NCBI RefSeq assembly: GCF_965139275.1
Contig: NZ_CBCSLE010000005.1
DNA from: Corallococcus exiguus
Lineage (GTDB): Bacteria; Myxococcota; Myxococcia; Myxococcales; Myxococcaceae
Strand: one strand, 5' to 3'
Length of the DNA stretch: 64,000 nt
A program made the translations under genes and the position numbers. The first letter of the stretch is position 1, and every line of letters begins with the position of its first letter. The notes under the pieces are model-generated. The model did not search any database. It was not told the DNA's origin and saw only the letters and a list, made by a program, of their open reading frames with translations. Shown here in pieces: positions 36,023 through 46,300 of the stretch.

Positions 36023-38181
36023 GCGCGGTGACGCGCCTGAGCGCGGAGCTGGACGGCTGGACGGCGGCATGGAAGCAGCTGGAGGCGTTCCTGGACCGCA
36101 TGGACGGCGTGGCGGATCAGGACGCGCCACACGTCCAGACGGTGTGCGCGCTCCTGCCCGTGTTCAACGTCATCGAGCGGGCCCGTCGTCGCGCGGTGGG
36201 CATCGCGCTAGCGCCAGCCCTGGCCGCCGCGCCCCGGGGCGAAGGCCTGCCGAATGTGTCCGTCGGTTCGCTCGTGGGGAGTGAGAGCCGGCTGCCGGGC
36301 GCGGAGGAGCTGGAGTTCGCGGTGGGCACCATCGGAGCGGATGGAGACGGGAAGCTCACGGGAGCGGCGGTGCTCGCTGGCACGGTGACGCTGTTCGCGT
36401 TCCGCGACGAGAAGCACGGCGGCGAGGTGGCGGTGCGAGTGCCCACGTATGACTTCGGGCCCCTGTCGGCGAGCGGCACCGTGGAGGACGCCATCGACGC
36501 GGGGCTGTTCACCACGGACCAGCGGAAGGATGCGGCGGAGAGCGGCGTCGCGGAGCTGGGGACCTGGACGGGCCTGCGCACCACGAGGCGGGCGGAGCTG
36601 AAGACGACATCGGAGACGGTGTCCCTGAGCAGCGTGCTGGATGGGCTGAGCGTCTCGTCGACATCCAGCGCCTTTGATCCGGTGGCGTCCGGGGCCTCAA
36701 CCCGCCAGAGCGAGTGCCTGGCGGACCGGAACGTGCTGCTCCAGGCGAAGGCCACGCTGGAGGAGCAGGGCGCGGCACCTGAGTTGACGGATGCGCTCCA
36801 ACGCGCGGCGGACTCACTTCAGGCGTCGGCGACGGACTACGGAGCGGTGGCCACGGCGCTCCAGCCGCCACGCACCGTGACTGCGTCCGTGTCGGGGCTT
36901 GCGTCGTTGAAGACCACGCTGCGGAGGGCGGATTCACCCGGCATCCCCGGACAGCTGTCCAACGAGCTGACGACGTTGGACATCGAGGCAGGGAAGGGAA
37001 TGGACGAGGCGGTGGCGTCGCGGCTGGCATATCCGGACGGGTCGCTGCGGATGCTCCGGACGTTGGAATGGTCGCTGCGCTTCCACTGGGTGTTCCGTCA
37101 GCGATGGTTCGACGTGCGCAACCGGGCTGCTCTGGCACCGCTGCTGAAGCTCGTGCTGAAGCCATTCTGCGACAGCCTGACGCGAGTGCTCGCGGGACAG
37201 TCCACGGGAATCCCGCTGGTGGGACCGGTGGCCCTGGTGAAGGACACGCTCACGCAGGCGACGGTGTTGTCGGTGACGCCCACGGTGGACCTGGGACAAG
37301 TGCAGCCGGGACATGTGGCGAACGTGGGAGGGGACCGGCCCACGCTGGCGCTGGTGCTGGGCTGGGAGGTGAAAGGAGCCGAGAAGCGACTGCGAATCGC
37401 ACCGCTGAATGTGTCCATCGCGACGGACGCGAAGCTGCCGGGTGTCGCCGGGCTGGTGAGGAGTGGCTCGCCCGTGAGTGGAAGCGCGGTGTCCATCTCC
37501 ACGCAGGAATTGATGGAGGGACACGCGGCGGCGGGTCCGCAGGCGGACGGGGTGGTGCAGGAGATCATCGCTCTGGGAGCGAAGCTGAGCCTGATCCTGG
37601 GGCAGGTCGGAGGCGCGCTGGGACTGGTGCCGTCATCGGTGGCCGCGCCGTATCCAGGCCAGACGTTCAAGTTGCTGCCGCCGGTGGAGGTCGGCGCGAC
37701 GCGACTGTTCCTGGATGGCGTTCCGCTGACGAGCACATCTGGCTCAAGCAAACCGATGCAGGTTGCAAGGCCCGGGGAGCTGTTGCTCGTGCGCGGAGCG
37801 GATGATGAAGGAACGTGGTGGCAGGGAGTGGCCACCGTGGACACGGTGGACGTGCGCACGGGCGCGGCGGCCCGAGCGGACGACGAGGTGACAACGACGC
37901 CCACTCCGCTGTGCTGCGAGGACGACGAGGAGGTCGTGGTCATCACGCTGCGCGACCTGCAGATGCCCAAGGCGCTGGTGCGCGACGTGACGCTGCGGCG
38001 CGACTTCAAGGGCTTCGGAGGCCCAAGTCTCGCCACGGGAGTCATGCTCCCCATCGAGCTGGATTCAGGCACGGCCAACATCACGGTGCAGGACGGCGGC
38101 GTGACGAAGACGGTGTTGAGGGACCCGGAGTTGAGAGCCGCGACCACGGTCCTCAAGTCCTGGCTGGGAGTGCCGACATGA
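36019..38181 (+). CDS. Hypothetical 720-aa protein (trailing module of CIS operon)
   Basis: GTGA-coupled start. GC3 bias. No recognisable motifs. Confidence 0.55.
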   Translation: MSAVTRLSAELDGWTAAWKQLEAFLDRMDGVADQDAPHVQTVCALLPVFNVIERARRRAVGIALAPALAAAPRGEGLPNVSVGSLVGSESRLPGAEELEFAVGTIGADGDGKLTGAAVLAGTVTLFAFRDEKHGGEVAVRVPTYDFGPLSASGTVEDAIDAGLFTTDQRKDAAESGVAELGTWTGLRTTRRAELKTTSETVSLSSVLDGLSVSSTSSAFDPVASGASTRQSECLADRNVLLQAKATLEEQGAAPELTDALQRAADSLQASATDYGAVATALQPPRTVTASVSGLASLKTTLRRADSPGIPGQLSNELTTLDIEAGKGMDEAVASRLAYPDGSLRMLRTLEWSLRFHWVFRQRWFDVRNRAALAPLLKLVLKPFCDSLTRVLAGQSTGIPLVGPVALVKDTLTQATVLSVTPTVDLGQVQPGHVANVGGDRPTLALVLGWEVKGAEKRLRIAPLNVSIATDAKLPGVAGLVRSGSPVSGSAVSISTQELMEGHAAAGPQADGVVQEIIALGAKLSLILGQVGGALGLVPSSVAAPYPGQTFKLLPPVEVGATRLFLDGVPLTSTSGSSKPMQVARPGELLLVRGADDEGTWWQGVATVDTVDVRTGAAARADDEVTTTPTPLCCEDDEEVVVITLRDLQMPKALVRDVTLRRDFKGFGGPSLATGVMLPIELDSGTANITVQDGGVTKTVLRDPELRAATTVLKSWLGVPT

Positions 38182-39389
38182 GCGAAGCCAGAGACGACCT
38201 CTTCGCGGTGGCCGCGCTGCTCGCGGAATTGGACCGGGTGCTCCATCCCCTGGAGAGGGGGGAGCGCGGAGACTTCAAGGTGGATCCACCGCTGCCACCG
38301 TCCCTGCCAACGCCGGGTGCGCGAAGGCGGGAAGGGGAGCCAGGCCGCGCGGTGAAGACCGCCTCGCCCTCGACAGGCCCCAGGTCCATGGGGCTCATGG
38401 AGTCTGACAACGCGGCACCACTTGTGCTCAAGCGTCCTGAGCGGGTCGAAGTCCCGGCCGTAACGGAACCCATCGCACCCATCCGCCGTCGCGTTCCCCG
38501 ACCTGTCGGCACGTCGGCACAGCTCAAGGAACCAAGGCCACCGGTCGAACTCGTGACCCGAAGCCCAGATGGGCAACTGCCTTCCACGCTCGCGCTCCCC
38601 GTTGTCCCCAGCGCCCCAGAGTTCCAGACGGAGGTCGCGGAGCCACGACCACTTCGTCCTCGCACCGCGGGCGGGGATGTCACTTCACAACGAAGCGACC
38701 GGCCCGAACCTGAAAGCCAGAAGGCCCTTGCGGTCCCTCGCGCCGTCGAAACACGCGTGAATGCTGCAAGTCCTCGAAGGAGCCGGGTGCCGAGACCCTC
38801 CGTGGAGAGGAACGCCGAACCCCCACGGATCAGCGCACGGGTCCCGGAGTCTCCAACACGCCGCCATCGCGTCGCGCGCGCCACCACCCAAGCGCCACCA
38901 CAGGCGCTCCCAGTGGAGCAAAGGGAGACGCCCGTCAGGGCATCGCCACGGAGGAGACGGACACCCCGAGCCCTGGACCGACGGCCAGCACCGGACACAC
39001 GAAAGGTCCCACAGTTCCAGGAGGAACTCGGACCACGTCGTCACGACAGACCTGAGCCACGGACTCCGCATCCATCTCAATCGGAGGAACGGGGCGAATC
39101 CATCCTCTCCCCATCACGGGCTACGAGGCACACCACACCAGGCCCGGTGCACATCGAAGTGAAGACGTTGCTTCCTCCGCCGCGAGTCCAGGCACCGCCA
39201 CGACCCGAAGTCCCTGATGAAGAACCCGTGTGGGAAGAAGCCCCGGGACGCGAACTGGAACCCAGCACACGGGCCTTCTTCATGAACGGTCGCCGACTCA
39301 CGGCGAGGGACGCTGAAGCGCTCCATCAAGCAGAACAGCGACTGCGGCGCCGGATGGTCGGCCGTTCGCTGTGGAGGAGGCGAGGATGA
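38178..39389 (+). CDS. Pro/Arg/Glu-rich predicted disordered 403-aa protein with atypical (A/T-ending) codon usage; candidate cargo/effector
   Basis: ORF stays open for 1.2 kb and is ATGA-coupled at both ends (38178 and 39386). Local GC and GC3 are clearly lower than in neighbours (many cca/cga/gaa/aca codons). Confidence 0.5.
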   Translation: MSEARDDLFAVAALLAELDRVLHPLERGERGDFKVDPPLPPSLPTPGARRREGEPGRAVKTASPSTGPRSMGLMESDNAAPLVLKRPERVEVPAVTEPIAPIRRRVPRPVGTSAQLKEPRPPVELVTRSPDGQLPSTLALPVVPSAPEFQTEVAEPRPLRPRTAGGDVTSQRSDRPEPESQKALAVPRAVETRVNAASPRRSRVPRPSVERNAEPPRISARVPESPTRRHRVARATTQAPPQALPVEQRETPVRASPRRRRTPRALDRRPAPDTRKVPQFQEELGPRRHDRPEPRTPHPSQSEERGESILSPSRATRHTTPGPVHIEVKTLLPPPRVQAPPRPEVPDEEPVWEEAPGRELEPSTRAFFMNGRRLTARDAEALHQAEQRLRRRMVGRSLWRRRG

Positions 39390-40117
39390 ACGCACTTCCT
39401 CCAAGACAGCGATTGGGCCACCTGCTGCGCTCCCTCGCGAAACAGCTTCCGGACCAGCTCGACGGCCTGTTGGAGAACGCCCGGTTCCGGGACGGCGCCT
39501 CGGCGCTCCAACGACTGGCGGATCCGGCGCACGTGGAGAAGGCCCTGGAACGGATGTCGCCAGAAGAAGCCGGCTGGCTCGCGGACCTGCTCACAGAGCG
39601 CTGGTCCTGGATCGCGGACGTCCAACTTGAGCCCGAAGTGGCCATCGTCGCGCCAGACGAACTCTGGCTGGGCGCGGAACCCATCCGCGTGCCGTTGTCG
39701 CTCGCGGCGGTGGGGCTGGACGAAGGATTCGAAGCGGTCTGGGAAGGCGCGGTCCTCCCAGGCCCACCCTCGGCCAGTGCCACGCTCCTCGCGAGACCTC
39801 CCGAAGACAAGACACCCGGAGTCGCCCGGGTCCGCGCCCAGGTCCGAGCGAGCGTGAAGGGTCAGCGCTGCGTGCTCATCGCGCAGGCGCAGGTCACATT
39901 GAGGCGCCCGTCGGTGGTGGTGAGCGACGACCGGCGCAGGCTGCTGGTCCAGGACCACACGGGACGCCCGGCCGTGGGCTGCCGTCTGGAGATTGGCCCG
40001 GACGTGCACCTCACTGGCGCAGGAGGCCTGGTGGACCTGGAAGTCCCAGCGCAGCCCGGTGTGTCGCTCAAGCTGGAAGGCATCCCCGCCGGACGCATTC
40101 CCGGAGGCAACCCATGA
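39386..40117 (+). CDS. Hypothetical 243-aa protein
   Basis: ATGA-coupled. GC3 bias. Confidence 0.5.
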   Translation: MNALPPRQRLGHLLRSLAKQLPDQLDGLLENARFRDGASALQRLADPAHVEKALERMSPEEAGWLADLLTERWSWIADVQLEPEVAIVAPDELWLGAEPIRVPLSLAAVGLDEGFEAVWEGAVLPGPPSASATLLARPPEDKTPGVARVRAQVRASVKGQRCVLIAQAQVTLRRPSVVVSDDRRRLLVQDHTGRPAVGCRLEIGPDVHLTGAGGLVDLEVPAQPGVSLKLEGIPAGRIPGGNP

Positions 40118-40335
40118 AGACAATGACGTCCCAGACGCGGAAGACACCCGACCGCAAGCCCGCCATGAACAAGGCCATCGCGCCGTCGCAGCAGCCCAAG
40201 ACGGACACAGCCAGGGCCCAACTGGGAACCGCGGCCAAGGGGCCCACGATGAAGGCCGCGGCTGGCGGCAGCTTCAAGGCGAAGAGCGCCCCCCGAGTCA
40301 CGGCGAACCCCAACATCCGGATGCCAAAGAAGTAG
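40114..40335 (+). CDS. Small 73-aa Lys/Ala/Pro-rich basic protein, last gene of plus-strand operon
   Basis: ATGA-coupled. Strong GC3 bias despite low complexity (MKTMTSQTRKTPDRKPAMNKAIAPSQQPKTD...). Confidence 0.45.
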   Translation: MKTMTSQTRKTPDRKPAMNKAIAPSQQPKTDTARAQLGTAAKGPTMKAAAGGSFKAKSAPRVTANPNIRMPKK

Positions 40336-40413
40336 CCCGCCCCGACTCGACGGACGAGGACAGTGGCCGGTGGCTCCACGGGGAACGGGCCCCGGGCCTG
40401 CGGCCTCGGGAAA

Positions 40414-40434
40414 CCTGTCCGACAGTCGGACAGG
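40414..40434. repeat. Third copy of palindrome CCTGTCCGACAGTCGGACAGG, located between the convergent 3' ends of the two CIS operons; bidirectional terminator candidate
   Basis: Exact 21-bp match to the copies at 20861 and 20930. Flanked by aaa...ttt. Sits in the 209-bp gap between 40335(+ end) and 40545(- end). Confidence 0.65.
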
Positions 40435-40544
40435 TTTGAGGCGCTTCGTCCCCGGAGGTGGCCGCCGGCCTGAAACTCCCCGCCATCCCAGGGGGCCCAG
40501 CTTCGTGCGCGGCAGTCCCGGCGTCCTCGCACTGCCAGTCAGCT

Positions 40545-42059
40545 TCAGGAGGCCAGCACCCACCGCACGGCGCCCACCCCCGCCGACACCTCGCGGCGCG
40601 AAGCGCACAGCGGCTGTTCCCGTCCCCCGCACAGCAGTCCCGCCCGCGCCCACTGCGGAAGCGAAGCCACGAGCTTCTCCACGCCCCAGGGGGAAGCCCG
40701 CGTAGCCCCGTCGTCCCGCATCGAATTACCCCAGGGGAACAGCCGCCCATCTGGCCCACGGGCCGCCATCTCCCATTCCTCGCTGGAGGGCAGCCGCAGC
40801 GCCACGCCTTCAATGCGTGACAGCGCCGAGCACAGCTCCTCTGCCTCCACGAGAGTGCACGGCAGTGGTTCCTCCGCGTCCGGCCCCGCGGTCCCCATCG
40901 GCCCCTGTGAAGCCGCCATCGCCCAGGCCGCCGCGGCCCGGCTCACGGGTACCCGAGCAACGAAGAACCCCGGAGACATCACCCGCCGCAGCGTCGGCCC
41001 TGTCCCCAGCCAATGCTCCACCGGAGGCACCCAGCGCGCCTCCAACCCGGACCGGCGTAGTCTGTACGTGCCGTCCCGTTCCACCACTGCTTCGGGCAGT
41101 CCCACCGGGCGCGGCCCCGGATCCACCGGCGTCGTGAGCGCATGCAACAGCAGCGTGGGGTCGTCCCGAACATCCGCGGGACCCGACAGCGCGCGCAGCA
41201 GCGGAGCCATCCGCTCGCGCTTCGGTGAGCCCTCTGGAGGCAGCGGCCGGCCCGCGAGCACATGGACCACCAGGTCCCGCAGGTTCGAATAGAACTGCCG
41301 GTCCCTCGGGTCCGCGCCCTCCCGCGTCGACGTAGGCATCCGAGCCTCGCGCAGCGCCGGAAGCACCTCCCTCGCCTGGAGCCGGGCCGCCGCCATCACC
41401 GCCGTCACCCGCACCTCCGCGTCCGCGTCCACCAGCGCGGAGCGCAGCACCGCGTCGACGTCCGGATTGGACGCCGCCTGATCATGGATGAGCCAGCGCA
41501 ATACCTGCCGCCGCTGCTCCTCCCCTGGCAGGTGCGCGAACAGCACGGAGCGGTCCGGGTGCGCCTCCTTCTCCGCCTTCAACCGCGCGAACGCTTCCTC
41601 CGTCCCATCCGGCACCAGCGACGCCAGCACGCGCTCCGCGGTCCGAGACACGCTGAACTCCGGATGGAAGCGCAGCGCCGCCACGCGCTCCATCGACGAG
41701 CGCTCGCGCAGCGTCTCCGTGGCCAGTAACCCCAGCAACACTTCCCGCGTCTCCGACGAAGCCAGCAGCGCCGCGAGCGCCGGGGCCTCCATCACCGGCA
41801 CCGCCTTGCGCACGGCCACCCATTCCCCCACGGCGTCAGGTCCGGAGAACTCCAGCACCCGAAGCCGGAGCACCGGGTTGAACGTGTAATGGATCGCCGA
41901 GTCCGTCCCGCGCTTCACGTACACCGCGAACTCCGGCTCGCCTGGGATGAGCGGAGGCGTCTGGCTTTCGGACTGGAGGAACCAGCCCAGCGCGGACAGC
42001 ACCCGGTCCATCACCTCGAAAGAAACCTCAGGCCGGGCGACAAGGGCAGGGGAGCGCAT
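40545..42059 (-). CDS. HEAT-like N-terminal repeats plus C-terminal FGE-sulfatase (SUMF1/formylglycine-generating-enzyme-like) domain protein
   Basis: C-terminal RLPSSEEWEMAARGPDGRLFPWGN matches the FGE-domain core motif (RLPTEAEWEYAARGG...YPWGN). Last gene of the minus-strand CIS operon. Confidence 0.6.
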   Translation of the reverse strand: MRSPALVARPEVSFEVMDRVLSALGWFLQSESQTPPLIPGEPEFAVYVKRGTDSAIHYTFNPVLRLRVLEFSGPDAVGEWVAVRKAVPVMEAPALAALLASSETREVLLGLLATETLRERSSMERVAALRFHPEFSVSRTAERVLASLVPDGTEEAFARLKAEKEAHPDRSVLFAHLPGEEQRRQVLRWLIHDQAASNPDVDAVLRSALVDADAEVRVTAVMAAARLQAREVLPALREARMPTSTREGADPRDRQFYSNLRDLVVHVLAGRPLPPEGSPKRERMAPLLRALSGPADVRDDPTLLLHALTTPVDPGPRPVGLPEAVVERDGTYRLRRSGLEARWVPPVEHWLGTGPTLRRVMSPGFFVARVPVSRAAAAWAMAASQGPMGTAGPDAEEPLPCTLVEAEELCSALSRIEGVALRLPSSEEWEMAARGPDGRLFPWGNSMRDDGATRASPWGVEKLVASLPQWARAGLLCGGREQPLCASRREVSAGVGAVRWVLAS

Positions 42060-42829
42060 CAGGCCGGTTTCACGAGCGCATGCAGCGACTCACCCACCCG
42101 CGCCACCGGCCGCCCCTCCACGCCCACGAAGTACGCCCGAGCCGCCCAAAGCAGGTCACTCCACGAGACCTGCTCCGCGGCCTTCTTCTTCGGAAAGCCC
42201 TCCACGAAGGACTCCCACGCGGGCCGCACCGCTTCAGACGGTGCCCCGACCTTCATCGCCGTCGCCAGGTAGCGCACGAAGCCCTGGACGTTGAAGCCGA
42301 ACTGCTCCCCGGGCGTGAGCGTCGCCGGAAGCGTCCCACCCCCCACCAGCTTCGCCGCCAGGTCCGGTTCCCCCAGGCAGAGCGCCACCAGCCCGCAGCG
42401 ATAGAGCAACACGTCATCCAGCTTCTTCACCTTCTTCGCCAGGGCCTCCAGCCACGCCTTCGCGGGCGACGCCTGCACCAGCCCCTGCGCGGCCCCGCAC
42501 GCTTCCGCCGCGTTCACGAAGGACAGCACCTGGAGGGCGACTCGCGGCGGATCCACCGAATCGAAGAACCCCCCGGCCTGCTCGATTCCAGCCGCACACA
42601 GCGGCACCAGGGGCGCGGCCGCCGCGCGGGCCTCCTCGGCTCCCGTCAACACGATGAGCGACGCGAGCACATCCGCCAGCGTCCGCAGGTATTGAACGGG
42701 CGTGTTCGCCTTCGTCAGCGCGATGGGCGAGAAGCGCTTCATGAGCTCGCGCGCGTGGGTGTTCTCTCCCCACTCGGCGGAGAAGAGCCCGGCCCAGGTG
42801 CCTGGAACGTTCACGGGGATTCCAGCCAT
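42059..42829 (-). CDS. Hypothetical 256-aa protein
   Basis: GC3 bias. Overlaps the downstream start. Confidence 0.5.
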   Translation of the reverse strand: MAGIPVNVPGTWAGLFSAEWGENTHARELMKRFSPIALTKANTPVQYLRTLADVLASLIVLTGAEEARAAAAPLVPLCAAGIEQAGGFFDSVDPPRVALQVLSFVNAAEACGAAQGLVQASPAKAWLEALAKKVKKLDDVLLYRCGLVALCLGEPDLAAKLVGGGTLPATLTPGEQFGFNVQGFVRYLATAMKVGAPSEAVRPAWESFVEGFPKKKAAEQVSWSDLLWAARAYFVGVEGRPVARVGESLHALVKPA

Positions 42830-42844
42830 GTCACTCCGCCTTGT

Positions 42845-43369
42845 TCACGGCTGCTGCCGTTGCTGGAAGAGGGCCATGTGGTGCTTCCACAGGGCGCGGT
42901 GCGCATCTTTGACGGTCGTCGCGGCGCGCTGCAATCGCTCGAAGAGGCCACCGTCCTCCGCCTCCTCGCGGAGCTTCGAGACGAACTTCGTCTCCGTCTT
43001 CAGCCCCGCATCCTTGCTCCGCTGGAGCCGCGCCAGGTTGCCCGACTCCCAGGCCTCCAGGTCCAGTTCGCGCGCCAACGTCAGCAGCGTGTCCACCTCC
43101 GCCTCCGTGCGGGTGAAGCGCTCCAGGAACCGCTCCACCGTTCCGTATGTCTTCTTCTCCTCCGGCGCGCCGGCCTCGGTGAGCAACAGGCTCTTGGCCA
43201 CGCCCACGTCCAGCTTGGGGATGCTCCGCAGGGGCGCATCACAGAAGGGACAGGCCGACGGTTCCTGGAGGACGGTCCGCCGGCCTCCGGTCAGGTCCAC
43301 CCGGTTGTGGACGGTGAACGTGGAGCCGCACACGAAGCAGGTGACGGAGGTGGAAGGAGCGACGCGCAT
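42845..43369 (-). CDS. Hypothetical 174-aa protein with N-terminal Cys4 zinc ribbon (CFVCG...CPFC)
   Basis: MRVAPSTSVTCFVCGSTFTVHNRVDL...SACPFCDAPL. Helical C-terminus. 12 nt downstream of the giant gene. Confidence 0.5.
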   Translation of the reverse strand: MRVAPSTSVTCFVCGSTFTVHNRVDLTGGRRTVLQEPSACPFCDAPLRSIPKLDVGVAKSLLLTEAGAPEEKKTYGTVERFLERFTRTEAEVDTLLTLARELDLEAWESGNLARLQRSKDAGLKTETKFVSKLREEAEDGGLFERLQRAATTVKDAHRALWKHHMALFQQRQQP

Positions 43370-43381
43370 GTCGGAACCTCA

Positions 43382-46300
43382 TCATGGAGGAGGCCAGCGG
43401 GGCGGCAAGAGATCGATGACGCGGCGGCCGAAGCTCTCCGCGTCCGTTTCAATGGGCTGCCGGAAGTACCGGGGGTCTCCCGGCCCGTAGTAGTGGCCGC
43501 CGGAGCCAGGCAGGTTGCGCCACCACCGGCGTGAGAACGGATGCGACTGTCGGCCTATCGAGTACTGGTAGGCCTGATACGCCTGATAGTAGTGACGCGA
43601 CTCATGGACGGCGGTGCCCACCGCGTCGCCCACGTCCAGGTTCTCGTTGATGACGATGACGCCACGCCGGCTCACGGGCGCGAGCCGGCCCTGGTGCGTC
43701 ACGTTGAAGTCCCATTCCATCCATCCGTAGTCCCCAGCCGGCAGGTTCTGGAACTGGACTTGTGGACGGCGCGACCGGGGGATGCCCATTGCGTCCATGG
43801 CCGCGCCCACCGACTTCTTGAGGGCCTGCTGCCGGTCCCGGAGCGACAGCGTGCCGAACGTCGAGGGGTCCAGCTCCGGGATGTCCTCCAGCCCCGCTTG
43901 CAGGTCCCGCATCTGCGCCAGCTCGAAGCGCTTGAACCGGCGGCTGCTCCAGCTGCGAGAGACGGTGATGTCGAAGTCCCCCCAGCCCAGCACATTGCCG
44001 GTGGGACCTATCGTGCGAATGCGCTTCGCGGTCTCGAACGGTTCGATGATCCGGGCGATCTCCCCCGGCTTCACGTTCGGGTCCAGGCTGTGGATGAGCC
44101 CCTTCAGCTGTTTGGGATCGATGTTGTACTGGGCCAGCAGGCCTGGCTTGCGCTTCGTGCCCTTGAGCGCTGACTCCACCTTCTTCAGCACCTTCAGCGT
44201 GGCCCCGACGCGGCCCTTCTTCAGCTCGTCCCTGAAGACACCCATCAGGGCATCGAGCTCCGCGCGGGGGGCCGAACCGTGGGGCATGACCTCCCGGACC
44301 AGCGACATCTTGCGCCACGCGTCCGCGATGCGTTCGACGCGGTCGACGAGCTCCCAGCCCGGCGGAGGCATGGGGGTGATGGGCCCCACGCGCAGCTCGA
44401 TGGAGACCCGCCACTCGTCGATGGCCTTGGTCAGCGCCTCCAGGTGCGCCGGCCCCAGGCCTCTCGCCCGGGCCCAGGCCAGGTCCGACAGCTGCGCTTG
44501 CAGGTCGTCCAGGTTCTTGCGGAGGTTCTCTCCCACCGCAGTGAAGTCCTTGAGCCTGGGGGCGTGCTTGCCGCCCTTCACCTCGACCAGGTGGAGCTTC
44601 GCGCTCGTCGGATCCGCGGCGTGGTCGAACTCGACGATGATTTCATCGATGCCACTGCCTTGCTCCGCGCCCCTGGGCTTGAAGTCCAGCCGCCGGAATC
44701 GCTCCGTCGGCCCCAGCCGCTCGCCGAGCAGCGCCTCCGTGAACGCCAGGGATTTCTGCTTCTCCACCACCTCGCCCGCCTCGGTGGTGATGAAGCCGCG
44801 CGGCTCCCAGCGATTGCCGGAGCGCTTGGACAGGATGAGCTCGATGTATTCCGTCTCACCGCTGGCGCGCGTCACCTCCACCAGCTTGTAGTAGCGGAGC
44901 TCCTTGGGGCGGTACTTGACCTCCTGCCACGCGGGGCCGATCTGCGCCACCGTGTCCGACGGATCCAGCACCAGCGTGGTGCGCGCCCGCTGCGCGTCGG
45001 TGAACACCTGGCGCGGCGCGCTCTTGATGAACGGGTCATCCAGCTCCGGCCCCCCCTTCGAGAACGGCCCCACCTCCGGGTGGTCGGCGTGGAGCACGGT
45101 GTTGGGCCACACGTCGTTGGGCCGGCCTGACTGCCGGATGACCGGCTCCGTGTCCGTCACGGTGAGCACCAGGGCCTTCTTCTTCCCACCTCCGCGCGTC
45201 GTGACCGCCGGCGGCTTCGTTTCCGGAACGACCACCTCCGGTGGCTTCGCCGGGGTGAATTCCATCTCCAGCTGCCTGGCCCCCTCCGCCTCCGGCGGAG
45301 GCACGGGCGGTTTCTTCTTGCTGAACAGCCGCGGAGGCTCATTCAGGTACTGCGGCTTCGAGCGCACGCCCTGGCCGAACTCCGCCATGTCCAGGGGCGT
45401 GAAGGCATCCACCTCCTTCATCCGCTGGCGCAGGTTCTCCAGCGTCTTCTTGCCCTGCCGGATGCGGCGGGTCGCCTCCTCCGGCTCCATGGACACGCCG
45501 CGCTTGCCCTCCAGCGACGTGAGCAGCGACTCCTGCGCATCGATCTCCAGGAGCAGCTTCTTGCGATAGAGCTCGAACTGCTTCTCGATGGGCAGCTTGT
45601 CCCAGTGCCGCAGCGCCCGTTCGTCCAGGGCCTTGATCAGGTCGCGCGTCGCCTTGTCGTGGCGCTGGAGCAGGTGCAGGCCCTCCTCGCCCAGGTCGGA
45701 CAGGTCCGCGCCCGCCTTGACGATGATGGTGGGCTTGCCGCGCCGGAACATCGTGACGGCCTGCGCGGACTTGCTGCCGGTGAGGGCTTCGAAGTCCGCC
45801 TCGGAGATCAGCTCGATGGGCGTGTTCGCGAACGCCTTTCGCTGCGCGGGCGGGATGTGCTCCAGCAGCTCCTTGCGCATGGCGCGCTGGAGCTGCTGCC
45901 GGTCGAAGTCGCCCGACATCTGCTTGAGCAGGCCCTCGTCGAACTCGCGCAGGAACTCCTTCATGTTCCCGGCGGGGTTCTCCGCCTTCCACTTCTTGAA
46001 GAGGGTCAGCCGCTCCTTGGGCGTGCCCCGGAAGTTGAGCAGGTCCTGGGTGCGCGGTGGCACGTGGGGCTTGGAGATGCCGCCCAGCGCGCCCAGCCCT
46101 CCGGCCATCACCGCGCCCGGCGCCGCCTGCAGGGCGGTGCCGGCCAGCACGTTGAAGAGCGCGTTGCCGCCCTTGTAGTTCGCGTCGTTGAGGACGTTGC
46201 CCAGGAACGCGGAGGGCACGGACTGCGCCAGGCCTTCCGCGCCCTGGGCCAGGCCGTGCGCCGTCATCCGCGCCAGCACGCCGCCTTCCTCCGCCATGCG

